Source: a bacterium (GTDB lineage: Bacteria > Zhuqueibacterota > Zhuqueibacteria > Zhuqueibacterales > Zhuqueibacteraceae). From it: DNA of 25,329 nt. Below the pieces are notes generated by a model, which was given only the letters and a program-made list of their open reading frames with translations, was not told the origin of the DNA and did not search any database. The stretch covers positions 1-25,329 of the forward strand of contig JBIOXB010000255.1 in assembly GCA_044869275.1 (NCBI GenBank). Reading direction: 5' to 3'. Positions 17,748 through 25,329 of this stretch are shown here, piece after piece. Each line of letters starts with the position of its first letter. The stretch's first letter is position 1. Both the position numbers and the translations under genes were made by a program.

Positions 17748-17796
17748 GGACGCAGAGCGTCATCGTCTGCATTCCACCGCGTAGCGGTGGAACGAG
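17748..17796 (+). repeat. REP-like double-hairpin extragenic palindrome
   Basis: GACGC-aga-GCGTC followed by TTCCACCGC-gta-GCGGTGGAA then CGAG; resembles the GACGCAGAGCGTC...GCATTCCCACGCAGAGCGTGGGAACGA class of dispersed repeats. Single copy in this window. Confidence 0.55.
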
Positions 17797-17837
17797 AGTT
17801 TTCACACGGTCCGAATCTTCGTAGGGCTTTAACCGCT

Positions 17838-18857
17838 TCACATCTTGCGCTCGACTTTTTTGTAACCTGCGGGCGTGCTGAACACCTCGGCGCTGAACGT
17901 GCCGGTTTTGATTTCTTTGGTCTCTTCGGACGATTCAAACATCACGCTGCGTCCCGGTGCGCTGCCTGGTTTAGGCGCCATTTTCTTGCCGAATCCGCCG
18001 AGCAGGCCGCCCACTGAGGTCGGCATTTCTTGTGTTTTTGCGCCCTCGGCTGACGCGGGCGCTGCCGCTGTGGTTTGATCGGACCACGTTTCAAACACGC
18101 TTTCGGTTTTCACGGCAACGCCTTCCAGCTTCTTGCCTTCTTCCGCCAGTTTTTCTATGGCCTTCGCCAATTGCGGGTTGAACGCCGCGAGCGCCTGCCA
18201 CTGATTCATAGGGCCCTCTGCACCCATGGCGAGGCCCATCTTTTCGGCAAACTTCTGGCCGAAAGCCATCCCTTCCTCCTTGCCGGGCGCGTCCTTCGCC
18301 ATCCACTGCGTCGAAGTGATGATCATTCCGCCCTTGCCGGCCGCAGAGGTGGCCGTGGCCTGCGTCTCTCCCTTGGCCTGCATGGTGACGATCACTTTTT
18401 CCGCATTGAAGCCGGCGATATTTTGCTTTTCGCCGGTGCGGTCCACTTTGTAATCATATTCCATTTTGACGTCCGCCGCGCCTGGCTGCGCCGCGGGCGT
18501 TTGCATGCCGGCCATCTTCTCTTTCATCTTGGCCATCATCTCCTTGAATTCCGCGAAAGTCATCTCGGTGTATTCTTTTTTCTGGTGATCGACGTTGATG
18601 ATCACCTCGCGGTCGAGATCGGTGATGGTCGAGCTTTCGAGCTTGCCCTCCTCGCTCATGCGGTCGGAGCGCGAGTGGCTGCCGTCGAGATACGTCGTGG
18701 CCGTGTACGTTTTGCCGGCGCCGGACATTTTCATCATGGTGCCCAGAAAGCCGTGAAATTTGGTGCTGGTGGTTTTCACGGTTTTGACACCGGGGTTGGC
18801 AAATAGCGAGACGGCCAACGCCACGATCAGAACGAGCGCAACGCGGAAAGATTTCAT
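17838..18857 (-). CDS. Exported protein, DUF4412-like
   Basis: Signal peptide; TITDLDREVIINVDHQKKEYTEM, TGEKQNIAGFNAEK and terminal F-x-x-PAGYKK are typical of DUF4412-like proteins; RBS AGGAGA. Confidence 0.65.
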   Translation of the reverse strand: MKSFRVALVLIVALAVSLFANPGVKTVKTTSTKFHGFLGTMMKMSGAGKTYTATTYLDGSHSRSDRMSEEGKLESSTITDLDREVIINVDHQKKEYTEMTFAEFKEMMAKMKEKMAGMQTPAAQPGAADVKMEYDYKVDRTGEKQNIAGFNAEKVIVTMQAKGETQATATSAAGKGGMIITSTQWMAKDAPGKEEGMAFGQKFAEKMGLAMGAEGPMNQWQALAAFNPQLAKAIEKLAEEGKKLEGVAVKTESVFETWSDQTTAAAPASAEGAKTQEMPTSVGGLLGGFGKKMAPKPGSAPGRSVMFESSEETKEIKTGTFSAEVFSTPAGYKKVERKM

Positions 18858-19004
18858 ACCTGGTTCTCCTAGTTAGTAAAAAATCCTCAACAAATCTTCC
18901 GGCACCAAGGCATAAAGCTGCACGGCGGCACCGAGAGATTTTTGAGTTTCTTGCTCGGTGAGACTTGATGGGTTTGTGCCTCGATGCTTTCCATTAAATA
19001 TAAA

Positions 19005-19943
19005 TCACTTCTTCTCTCTCACAATATCTCCCTTGTCGAAGCCGGAGCCGGACAACACCTTGCATTCCGAGGCCTTGCCTTTGCCGCCGTAATTGTTGTC
19101 GAGCACTTGGATGCTGCCGAGCTCTTCTTCGGAGGAGCCCAGAGATTCGCCGGTGTCGGGATCGATCAAATCTTCACCTTTGCGCACCACAACGAATACG
19201 TCTCCCACTTTGACGCCGCCTTCCTTGCCGGAGTTGATCAGGACATTGGCGCCTTTCATCATCACCACTTTTGCTTCCCACGCACCGCCGCCGCCACCTT
19301 GTTCCTCGAGCAGCTTCGCAACCTGGTCAATGGCCTCACGCGTGGCCTTGCCCACCAGCGATTCGTCGAATTGCGCTTGATTCTCGAAACTGATGTCGCG
19401 TGTATCGATGTCGACGCTGCCTTTAGAGTTTTCTTTGCGCACGCTCTCCGCGGTCTTAATTTCGCCGGAGCTCACGTCCACGAAGCGGACGTCTACACCA
19501 ACGACCGCACTTTGCTTGCCGAAGCTGGCGCCAATGCCGATTTTCTTCAGCGCGCCACCGGTGGAAACTTTTTTGTAGCCGAATTCCGTGACCGCGCCCA
19601 TGATGGCCAGCTCCACTCCCAGCATTTTGCCGGCTTGCGCCGCGGTCTGCGGCGTGATCACACCGGACATGCCCAAGCCCTGCTCTTTCAGCAATTGGTC
19701 CATTTGCGCGCGTTCCATCACGCGATACTTGCCGCTCTTTACCAGCGTCGTGGTGAGCATGTCCGCCATGCCGTCCCCGACGGGCTGGCCGTTCCACCAG
19801 TGATAGCGATGATCGGTTTTGTCCTCAAACACGAATACCGCCACACGTTTTTTGCCGGTTTTTTCTTGGGCGTGAACGCCGCCGGTTGCCCAACCCAAAA
19901 CGGAGCAACTCAAAAGGGCCCACAGGACGACAGATCTTCTCAT
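19005..19943 (-). CDS. CsgG/HfaB family protein with FlgT C-terminal-like beta domain
   Basis: RVAVFVFED, GMADMLTTTLVKSGKYRVMER...LLKEQ, A...GKMLG...GAVTEF, VDVRFVDVSSGEI; C-terminal VLINSGKEGGVKVGDVF...IDPDTGESLG. RBS AAGGAG spacing favours ATG 19943 over 19952. Confidence 0.88.
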   Translation of the reverse strand: MRRSVVLWALLSCSVLGWATGGVHAQEKTGKKRVAVFVFEDKTDHRYHWWNGQPVGDGMADMLTTTLVKSGKYRVMERAQMDQLLKEQGLGMSGVITPQTAAQAGKMLGVELAIMGAVTEFGYKKVSTGGALKKIGIGASFGKQSAVVGVDVRFVDVSSGEIKTAESVRKENSKGSVDIDTRDISFENQAQFDESLVGKATREAIDQVAKLLEEQGGGGGAWEAKVVMMKGANVLINSGKEGGVKVGDVFVVVRKGEDLIDPDTGESLGSSEEELGSIQVLDNNYGGKGKASECKVLSGSGFDKGDIVREKK

Positions 19944-19977
19944 CTGCAACATCTCCTTGCAAATTGGTTAGAGATTT

Positions 19978-21222
19978 TCAATGATTGCTCGAATCCACGG
20001 TCACAGGCACTGCTTCCATGGCGGCCGCGGGTTGCTTGATTTTGAGGTCAATGCGATTCGCAGAGACGTTGGTGACCTCCGCCTCAAACGGATCGAGATC
20101 TTTATTCGCCAGCTCGCGCGCCAATTGCTGGGCATTGCCTATGATTTTGACATCGAGTGTGGCGTATCCGGCGGCACTGCCGCGTTCATAGACGTTCTTG
20201 ATGCCGCGAATGTAGCTCTTCAACACGCCGCTGAATTTTTGCAGCTCGGCGTAATTCTGGTAGCCTTGCACGCGCACCGTGACGCTGTTCTCGTTGTAAA
20301 AACTCTTCTGCGCTTCTTCTACGACCTTGGTGATCAGCGTTTCGCCCGCTTTCTTGGAGGCTTTTTCAATCGCCATGGTGCCGCCGGTGAGCTCGTCAAT
20401 GTGCGGGTAAGCAGCGTGCTCGCTGGCCGTGGCGACGATGCGTGCATCGCCGGCACGCACCACGCGCGCCGTGATATTGGCCTGGCAGGATTTCATGCCG
20501 CCGAGATTAACGCCGGTGGCGACTTTGGCTGCGGCTTTGCCGGTGACGATCAATTCCGCATGTTGCGCCGCGGCAATCGCCGCCGCTTTGCGCGCATCAC
20601 CTTCGATGGCGCTCAAGATGGCGTCACGATCTTGATTGTTCTTGGCCTGCCCCGGATCGACGACTTCAAAGCCTTTCACGCGAAACTGCTCGATCACCGC
20701 CGTTTCCGCCGCGGTCATGTCGACTTCGAAATAGCGCAACCTGTCCGTATCGCCGATATTCTGCTCGGCGATCATCACCATCACCCGCGGGTTTTCCTTC
20801 TGCAACAGCTCGGCCAGAGCTTGATCGTCGTTTTTCAAATCGCTCAAATTCACCAACGCGCGCATTTGCACTTCGTAGGTGTCATACTGGCCCCGCCCCT
20901 CGCGCAAAATATCGTACTTCGTCACGTAGCCCGAAGACCATGCCAGAATGCGGTCTTCGACCATCTGAAAATTCTCCACCAGTGTTTCCGATTTGATGTG
21001 CGTGCCCAGCGCTTGCTGCACCGCTTTGCGCATGGCATCATCCAGGGCTTTATCACGCGCCGCGGCTTGATCGTTCGCCAAGATCGCGCCCGTGCCGAGC
21101 ACGGTAATTTCCACGCCCTGCGGCTTGGGCGCGGCGCTGGTCTTGGAGGTTTGCGCCCAAAGTGGCGCCTGCACGAGCAGCAGCGCCAGCGCAAAAAGGA
21201 TTTTATGTTTTTGATTCGGCAC
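19978..21222 (-). CDS. Exported protein with flagellar assembly protein T N-terminal (FlgT_N) domain
   Basis: G-x-G...AARDKALDDAMRKAVQQALGTHIKSETLVENF...SSGYV is FlgT_N-like; NPRVMVMIAEQ begins a CsgG/TolB_N-like middle domain. Probable start GTG 21222 (RBS GAGAGGGAG) gives a clean signal peptide. Confidence 0.8.
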   Translation of the reverse strand: MPNQKHKILFALALLLVQAPLWAQTSKTSAAPKPQGVEITVLGTGAILANDQAAARDKALDDAMRKAVQQALGTHIKSETLVENFQMVEDRILAWSSGYVTKYDILREGRGQYDTYEVQMRALVNLSDLKNDDQALAELLQKENPRVMVMIAEQNIGDTDRLRYFEVDMTAAETAVIEQFRVKGFEVVDPGQAKNNQDRDAILSAIEGDARKAAAIAAAQHAELIVTGKAAAKVATGVNLGGMKSCQANITARVVRAGDARIVATASEHAAYPHIDELTGGTMAIEKASKKAGETLITKVVEEAQKSFYNENSVTVRVQGYQNYAELQKFSGVLKSYIRGIKNVYERGSAAGYATLDVKIIGNAQQLARELANKDLDPFEAEVTNVSANRIDLKIKQPAAAMEAVPVTVDSSNH

Positions 21223-21430
21223 GGGATTCTCCCTCTCGCTACTTAAAAGATTCCTCGCTATCGCTGCAAATGGTCCATGCAGGGTGCGCCCATCCAATGT
21301 TGACGAGGCGTCGTCATGCGCCCATCATCGCCAACACAAGAAAACCCCGGAGGAGAGAAAAACCTGATTCCTATCCGGGCGCATGATAGGAGCTTCCTTC
21401 CCTCCGAGGTTTTTTGATTTCAAGTTCTTC

Positions 21431-21463
21431 AAACCTTTCGGGTCTCAAGGACCCGAAAGGTTT
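21431..21463. repeat. Perfect 14-bp-stem palindrome (REP-like or terminator/stabiliser)
   Basis: AAACCTTTCGGGTC-tcaag-GACCCGAAAGGTTT, 8 bp after the stop of the TPR-SLH gene. Confidence 0.65.
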
Positions 21464-21471
21464 AGTCACAT

Positions 21472-22635
21472 CTAAAACGTCATGCGCAGCGCGTTTTGAA
21501 AATCGCGAATAATGAGCAAGGCATCCGCGCCCGAGACTTTGCCTTCGGGATTGAATGCGCCCGTAATTTTGTCCGCGGACATGATGCCGCGATCCACCAT
21601 CAAGGCGCAGGCATTATATGAAAAATGATCACTGCGCATATCGGGAAAACGCGATTGCCCGCCGACGTATTTCGTTGCCAGCGTAGCGTCGCCGGTGGCC
21701 GCGATCAAAATGCCTTCCATGGTTTTGGCGTAATTCACGCGCGTGATCTTTTGATCCGGATAAAACTTGTGATCCGGAAACGACTCCATGGCGCCGAGGC
21801 GTATGATGTCATTGATCCAATTCTTCGCCCAATGTGTGGAAATATCCGTGGCCGCGGCGAGCTTTTCCGCCTGCGGCTGCTCCATTTTCGTGGGATCGGT
21901 GGGCGCTTTGTAATCCGTGTTATAGGTCGGCTGCTTTTTCTTCTGGTAAACTTCTTCCAGCTTCAGTTCTTCCAGCAACAACACGGAAAGGTCGGCGCGG
22001 TCGATTTCGGGAATCAATGCGATCTTCATGCCGACTTTCGTGCCCGGCGCCGCGCGCTGAATTTTCTGCATGGTGGCGTATTCCGCGTCCGCCCGGCCCG
22101 CGTGCTCGCCCTTCATCGCGATCACTTTGCTGTACGCGTCCGCCGCCGGCCCGAATTGATAACCCAGCTTGTAAGCCTCTGCTTGGTAGAAATACGCTTT
22201 GTCGTTATTGGGATTCAATTTGATCGCGCGCTCGAATTCATTGGCCGCATCCTTCACCCAATCGTCGCCTTCCTTGCGCCGCATGCTGAGAACGCGACCC
22301 TTGATCACGCGCGCTTCGTAGGACTTGTCGTTTTTGCCCAGCGCTTGATCGACCGAATTCAGAGCCTTTTCAAAATCGCCTTGATAGGCATAAGCCAGCC
22401 CTGTGCCCGCGAACGCTTCGGGATAATTGGGATCGAGGGCGCGGGCGCGCTCGAATTCCTTCAGCGCTTCAGCCACGTTGTTGCGATCCAGCTCGCGCAT
22501 GCCCTGGCTGAAATGGTTGTCGGGCGTGTCCAGCACGGATTCTTGCTTGATCGCTTTCGGGCCGCAGCTGATCATCGCCGCCGTCAGGGCAAGCGCTGCA
22601 ATGGAGAAAATAGTTTTGCTCGACTTGTTCCTCAT
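21472..22635 (-). CDS. Lipoprotein with TPR repeats and two C-terminal SLH (S-layer homology) domains
   Basis: Lipobox MISC; TPRs (FERARALDPNYPEAFAGTG; FERAIKLNPNNDKAYFY); SLH-like TDISTHWAKNWI...GAMESFPDHKFYPDQKITR and FPDMRSDHFSY...RGIM...FNPEGKVS; RBS GAGGAGG. Confidence 0.88.
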   Translation of the reverse strand: MRNKSSKTIFSIAALALTAAMISCGPKAIKQESVLDTPDNHFSQGMRELDRNNVAEALKEFERARALDPNYPEAFAGTGLAYAYQGDFEKALNSVDQALGKNDKSYEARVIKGRVLSMRRKEGDDWVKDAANEFERAIKLNPNNDKAYFYQAEAYKLGYQFGPAADAYSKVIAMKGEHAGRADAEYATMQKIQRAAPGTKVGMKIALIPEIDRADLSVLLLEELKLEEVYQKKKQPTYNTDYKAPTDPTKMEQPQAEKLAAATDISTHWAKNWINDIIRLGAMESFPDHKFYPDQKITRVNYAKTMEGILIAATGDATLATKYVGGQSRFPDMRSDHFSYNACALMVDRGIMSADKITGAFNPEGKVSGADALLIIRDFQNALRMTF

Positions 22636-22758
22636 GAAGAGGCCTCCTCTATCGCGTATTCATTCTTCGTCGTCCCGCCCGTTGTGGGGCGCTGGTTCAA
22701 GCGAAACGCCATGGCCCAAACCGTCCCGACCTGTGGGGAACGGGGGCCGCACCGAAAT

Positions 22759-23619
22759 CTAATCCACGACGAACATCACCTGGCACTTGTCCAAAAAGCT
22801 CTGGCTGGTCGAAGCCTGTTGCAGCGCCTGGGCATCGGCGTTCGAAATGACGAGATCGGCCTTGTTGTTGCCCGTTGCTTTCAACGCGTTGATCACCATC
22901 GCGTTCGGCGCGACCCGCTTGTTGGCACGGGCTTCATTCAACACTTTGGCATAGCCCACCATGCCTTGCTGCACCGCCCAGTCGCGATCGACCAAGCGCG
23001 AGCCATAAACCTCATTGCCGTCTTCATCCAAAATTTTCGGCGCCATGGCCGGCACCGCGCCGAGACCCTTGGCATTGATCACCACGCCAGTGATCACTCC
23101 TGCAGGAATGCTGGGCGCGGCTTGCCCCACCGGCACGCCGTAGCCGGCATTGGGATTGCCCAAATCGCCTTGCAGTGCGGCGCCCGGCGGCAACACCACG
23201 TCTGAGATGCCGGCGATCGGAATCTCCACCTCGACTTCCACCGACATGTCACTCATGTAACGGGTGTCGACGACGGTGAAGCCTTGCACGAAACCGGAAA
23301 CGCGCGTGCGAATCACATCGCTTTCGACCATGGCGTTGTTGACCAGGGTTTCAGAATCGATCGCCATGCCTTTGACCGTCTGCAACAAATTGCGGAGCGC
23401 AGTGAGCTTTGCCGCTTCCAAGGCGCCGGCGCGTTGCGCACCCGGGGGCGAGTTGGGATTCGGCGCCGCCACGCCGGTCGCGCGGATTTTGCGCTGGCTC
23501 CAATCTACTGTGCCTTGCGTGCCGACGCTTTGTGTCACGGACTGGGCGAGGCTCAAGGGCACGGCGGCCAGGAACACAAACACGGCCAGCGGTTTGAGCA
23601 TTTTATTGCTCCCGAACAT
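22759..23619 (-). CDS. LPP20-like exported protein
   Basis: Signal peptide; VDW...IRATGVAAP...ALEAAKLTALRNLLQTVKGMAIDSETLV (LPP20-like), then TGVVINAKG...PAMAPKILDEDGNEVYG. Start ATG 23619 with RBS GAGAGGAG (the ORF-track start at 23838 is too far upstream). Confidence 0.8.
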   Translation of the reverse strand: MFGSNKMLKPLAVFVFLAAVPLSLAQSVTQSVGTQGTVDWSQRKIRATGVAAPNPNSPPGAQRAGALEAAKLTALRNLLQTVKGMAIDSETLVNNAMVESDVIRTRVSGFVQGFTVVDTRYMSDMSVEVEVEIPIAGISDVVLPPGAALQGDLGNPNAGYGVPVGQAAPSIPAGVITGVVINAKGLGAVPAMAPKILDEDGNEVYGSRLVDRDWAVQQGMVGYAKVLNEARANKRVAPNAMVINALKATGNNKADLVISNADAQALQQASTSQSFLDKCQVMFVVD

Positions 23620-23926
23620 AATTCGTTCTCCTCTCATGAAAGTAGTTCTGTGCTTCATCGCATGCCCGTCAGAGGCACGCAAAACTGCCAAGATCTGTCT
23701 GCAAAGATATTTGATCAACGGTGAAGGTGATGTCGGGGTAACGCAGGTAGGTGAATGGACACGACTGCTAGCGTGTCGAAAAATTGTGACGCTGTTTGGT
23801 GTTGCGATTTCCGTGCTCGACTCTTGGCCGCTGGCCATGTTTCATCCCGAACAGCTTGCCTGCCATTGTGCCGATCGTTTGCGGCCGGGCCGGCGTGAAG
23901 ACACCAATCGTGAAGATGCCAAAAAG

Positions 23927-24002
23927 TGGAGCGAATGACGGGGATCGAACCCGCGACACCCGGCTTGGGAAGCCGGTGCTCTACCAGCTGAGCTACATTC
24001 GC
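23927..24002 (-). tRNA. tRNA-Gly (CCC)
   Basis: GCGAATGTAGCTCAGCTGGTAGAGCACCGGCTTCCCAAGCCGGGTGTCGCGGGTTCGATCCCCGTCATTCGCTCCA: 76 nt, full cloverleaf, anticodon loop TT-CCC-AA, encoded CCA. Confidence 0.97.
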
Positions 24003-24033
24003 CGGTCATGGCTGATCTTTTCAAAACCTCTGA

Positions 24034-24061
24034 AAATTAACCTTCTTAACCAAAAAGTCAA
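24034..24061 (-). promoter_or_regulatory. Putative tRNA promoter
   Basis: Minus strand TTGACT (24061-24056), 16-bp spacer, TAATTT (24039-24034), about 30 bp upstream of the tRNA. Confidence 0.4.
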
Positions 24062-24118
24062 GCGGAAAGTGAGAAGGATGCCACCGATTTCCACCTTCAT
24101 GTCATATTCGCGCCGTGC

Positions 24119-25207
24119 TCACGGCCAATTAAAACTGAACACCGGCTTGGTGTTCTCCGTGTCGATCAACCTGAATTCGAAGGGAATCGTTTCGACCGTT
24201 TGCTCGGCCAGGCCTTCGCGCCGGATGACATAGACCGTGCCACTGCCAACAGCATTGGCATTTTGCCGCACGACATTGACGATAAACTGGCCGGCGGTGA
24301 TGCGGCCCACGCGCCATTCAAAAACCTCCGGGCCATAGCCGGCGCTAGTCAGAAGTATCACGCCGCTGCCGTTCGGCACATCACCGGGCAGGGTCTCAGA
24401 AATCGTCTGGTTCAGGGGGTTGCGGATTTCCAGATTGAAGTTGACCGGCTGGTTCCAGGTACAGGCGATCAAAACTGACGCCGCCGCGCCAGTGTAACTC
24501 AACCGGCTCGTCACCTCCCCTCGAAAAACGGTTCCCTGCCGCGCGCGCGCCTTCACGAGCGTCGTATCACCCCACAAGAGTATGGCGTTGTTGGCTTGAT
24601 TGGCTCTTCCTAACGGCACCGTAACGGCGATGCCGTTGCCCTCGAAATCAAAAGCGGTGATCGTCGTGTCCAGCGCCGAGGCTTGTCCGAGAACAAAACG
24701 CGGAAGGTTCGGCTGCGGAATGAACGAAGCGAAAAACGCCACCGGCTGCAAGAAAACTTCGACGGTCGCCGTTTGGGTGGTGGCATCGAACTGGAAAACA
24801 TCCGATCCGGAATAGATCAAATCGAGACGCTGGAAGGCCTGCACCTCGGCGATAAAATAATCTTCTTCCGCGGAGCGCAGCGGCACACGCAACGCGGCGC
24901 TGAGGCGGCGATTCTCACCGACAAAAATCTCGCGCCGCACCAATTCCTGGCCTATTTCCTCCAGTTGCGGAGTATATGAAAAAACCGTGATCACAAAACG
25001 ATCCAGCGCTTGCGCCTTGGCCAGCCGGTTTTCATTTGCGAGGCGGAACGAAGGTGACAATGTCTCATTGCCAGCTGTTTCCGAGAAACGAACATTGATT
25101 TCCAAATCGGCGAAGGTTTCCGTTTCTTGGGGGTTGAAAAGGCTGCAGCCGCTAGTGAAGGAGAGCAAGAGGGCGCAGGCGTAAACTGATGTTCTTAGAC
25201 AATGCAT
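24119..25207 (-). CDS. Hypothetical lipoprotein with YfaP/DUF2135-like C-terminal domain
   Basis: Lipobox FTSGC; beta-rich body; C-terminal LIACTWNQPVNFNLEIRNP...SAGYGPEVF resembles YfaP L-x-W...DLDLHV.DP...TGYGPE. Confidence 0.6.
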   Translation of the reverse strand: MHCLRTSVYACALLLSFTSGCSLFNPQETETFADLEINVRFSETAGNETLSPSFRLANENRLAKAQALDRFVITVFSYTPQLEEIGQELVRREIFVGENRRLSAALRVPLRSAEEDYFIAEVQAFQRLDLIYSGSDVFQFDATTQTATVEVFLQPVAFFASFIPQPNLPRFVLGQASALDTTITAFDFEGNGIAVTVPLGRANQANNAILLWGDTTLVKARARQGTVFRGEVTSRLSYTGAAASVLIACTWNQPVNFNLEIRNPLNQTISETLPGDVPNGSGVILLTSAGYGPEVFEWRVGRITAGQFIVNVVRQNANAVGSGTVYVIRREGLAEQTVETIPFEFRLIDTENTKPVFSFNWP

Positions 25208-25329
25208 ATTAACTTGTTTGTTGTTTTTGAATTACTCAACTTTCTGACTTGGCGTTTTAACCGCGATTTTATTGAACTTTCTTGCGGTTTTTGCTGATAG
25301 TAATTGAAAAGGCCCTTGTGGTTTGCGTA

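Noticed and set aside
18929..18960. CACCGAG...CTCGGTG inverted repeat
   Set aside because: Only a 7-bp stem with a weak interior and no U-tract; not distinguishable from an ordinary intergenic hairpin.
22670..22740. Imperfect direct repeat CGTCCCG...TGTGGGG
   Set aside because: Two short degenerate copies; not a CRISPR array or recognisable element.
23672..23693. Sigma54-like TGGCA...TTGC upstream of the LPP20 gene
   Set aside because: GG-to-GC spacing is 7 or 11 nt rather than the required 10.
23927..23945. Genomic island integrated at tRNA-Gly
   Set aside because: No integrase and no duplicated tRNA 3' end noticed in the window.

Overview
This is a bacterial chromosomal window from a moderately GC-rich diderm. 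The gene repertoire is reminiscent of candidate division KSB1 or FCB-group relatives, but that is an inference. Left part, mostly minus strand: the 5' end of an EutN/CcmL microcompartment vertex gene that the ORF track missed (1-84), an AgmX/PglI (TonB-C-like) membrane protein, an M28 PA/PDZ lipoprotein peptidase, a lone AT-rich DUF1566 gene on the + strand, an RmlD-like SDR and cobalamin-dependent methionine synthase metH. Centre, + strand (9250-16872): a six-gene cassette behind a near-consensus sigma70 promoter. It encodes an ECF sigma factor, a zf-HC2 anti-sigma/TM/TPR protein, a polytopic membrane protein fused to an M64-like HEXXH metallopeptidase, a 158-aa unknown protein, a signal-anchored TPR-CHAT caspase-like protease with an intact His/Cys dyad, and a small membrane protein resembling the N-terminus of the metallopeptidase. 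This is the best candidate for an undescribed proteolytic trans-envelope signalling system. Right part, minus strand: an envelope cluster (LPP20-like, TPR-SLH lipoprotein, FlgT_N, CsgG/FlgT_C-like, DUF4412-like, FecR) resembling a non-flagellar FlgOPT-type ring system, with REP-like palindromes and a candidate structured RNA. It is followed by tRNA-Gly(CCC) and a lipoprotein with a YfaP/DUF2135-like C-terminus. All family calls are by motif recognition; no searches were run.
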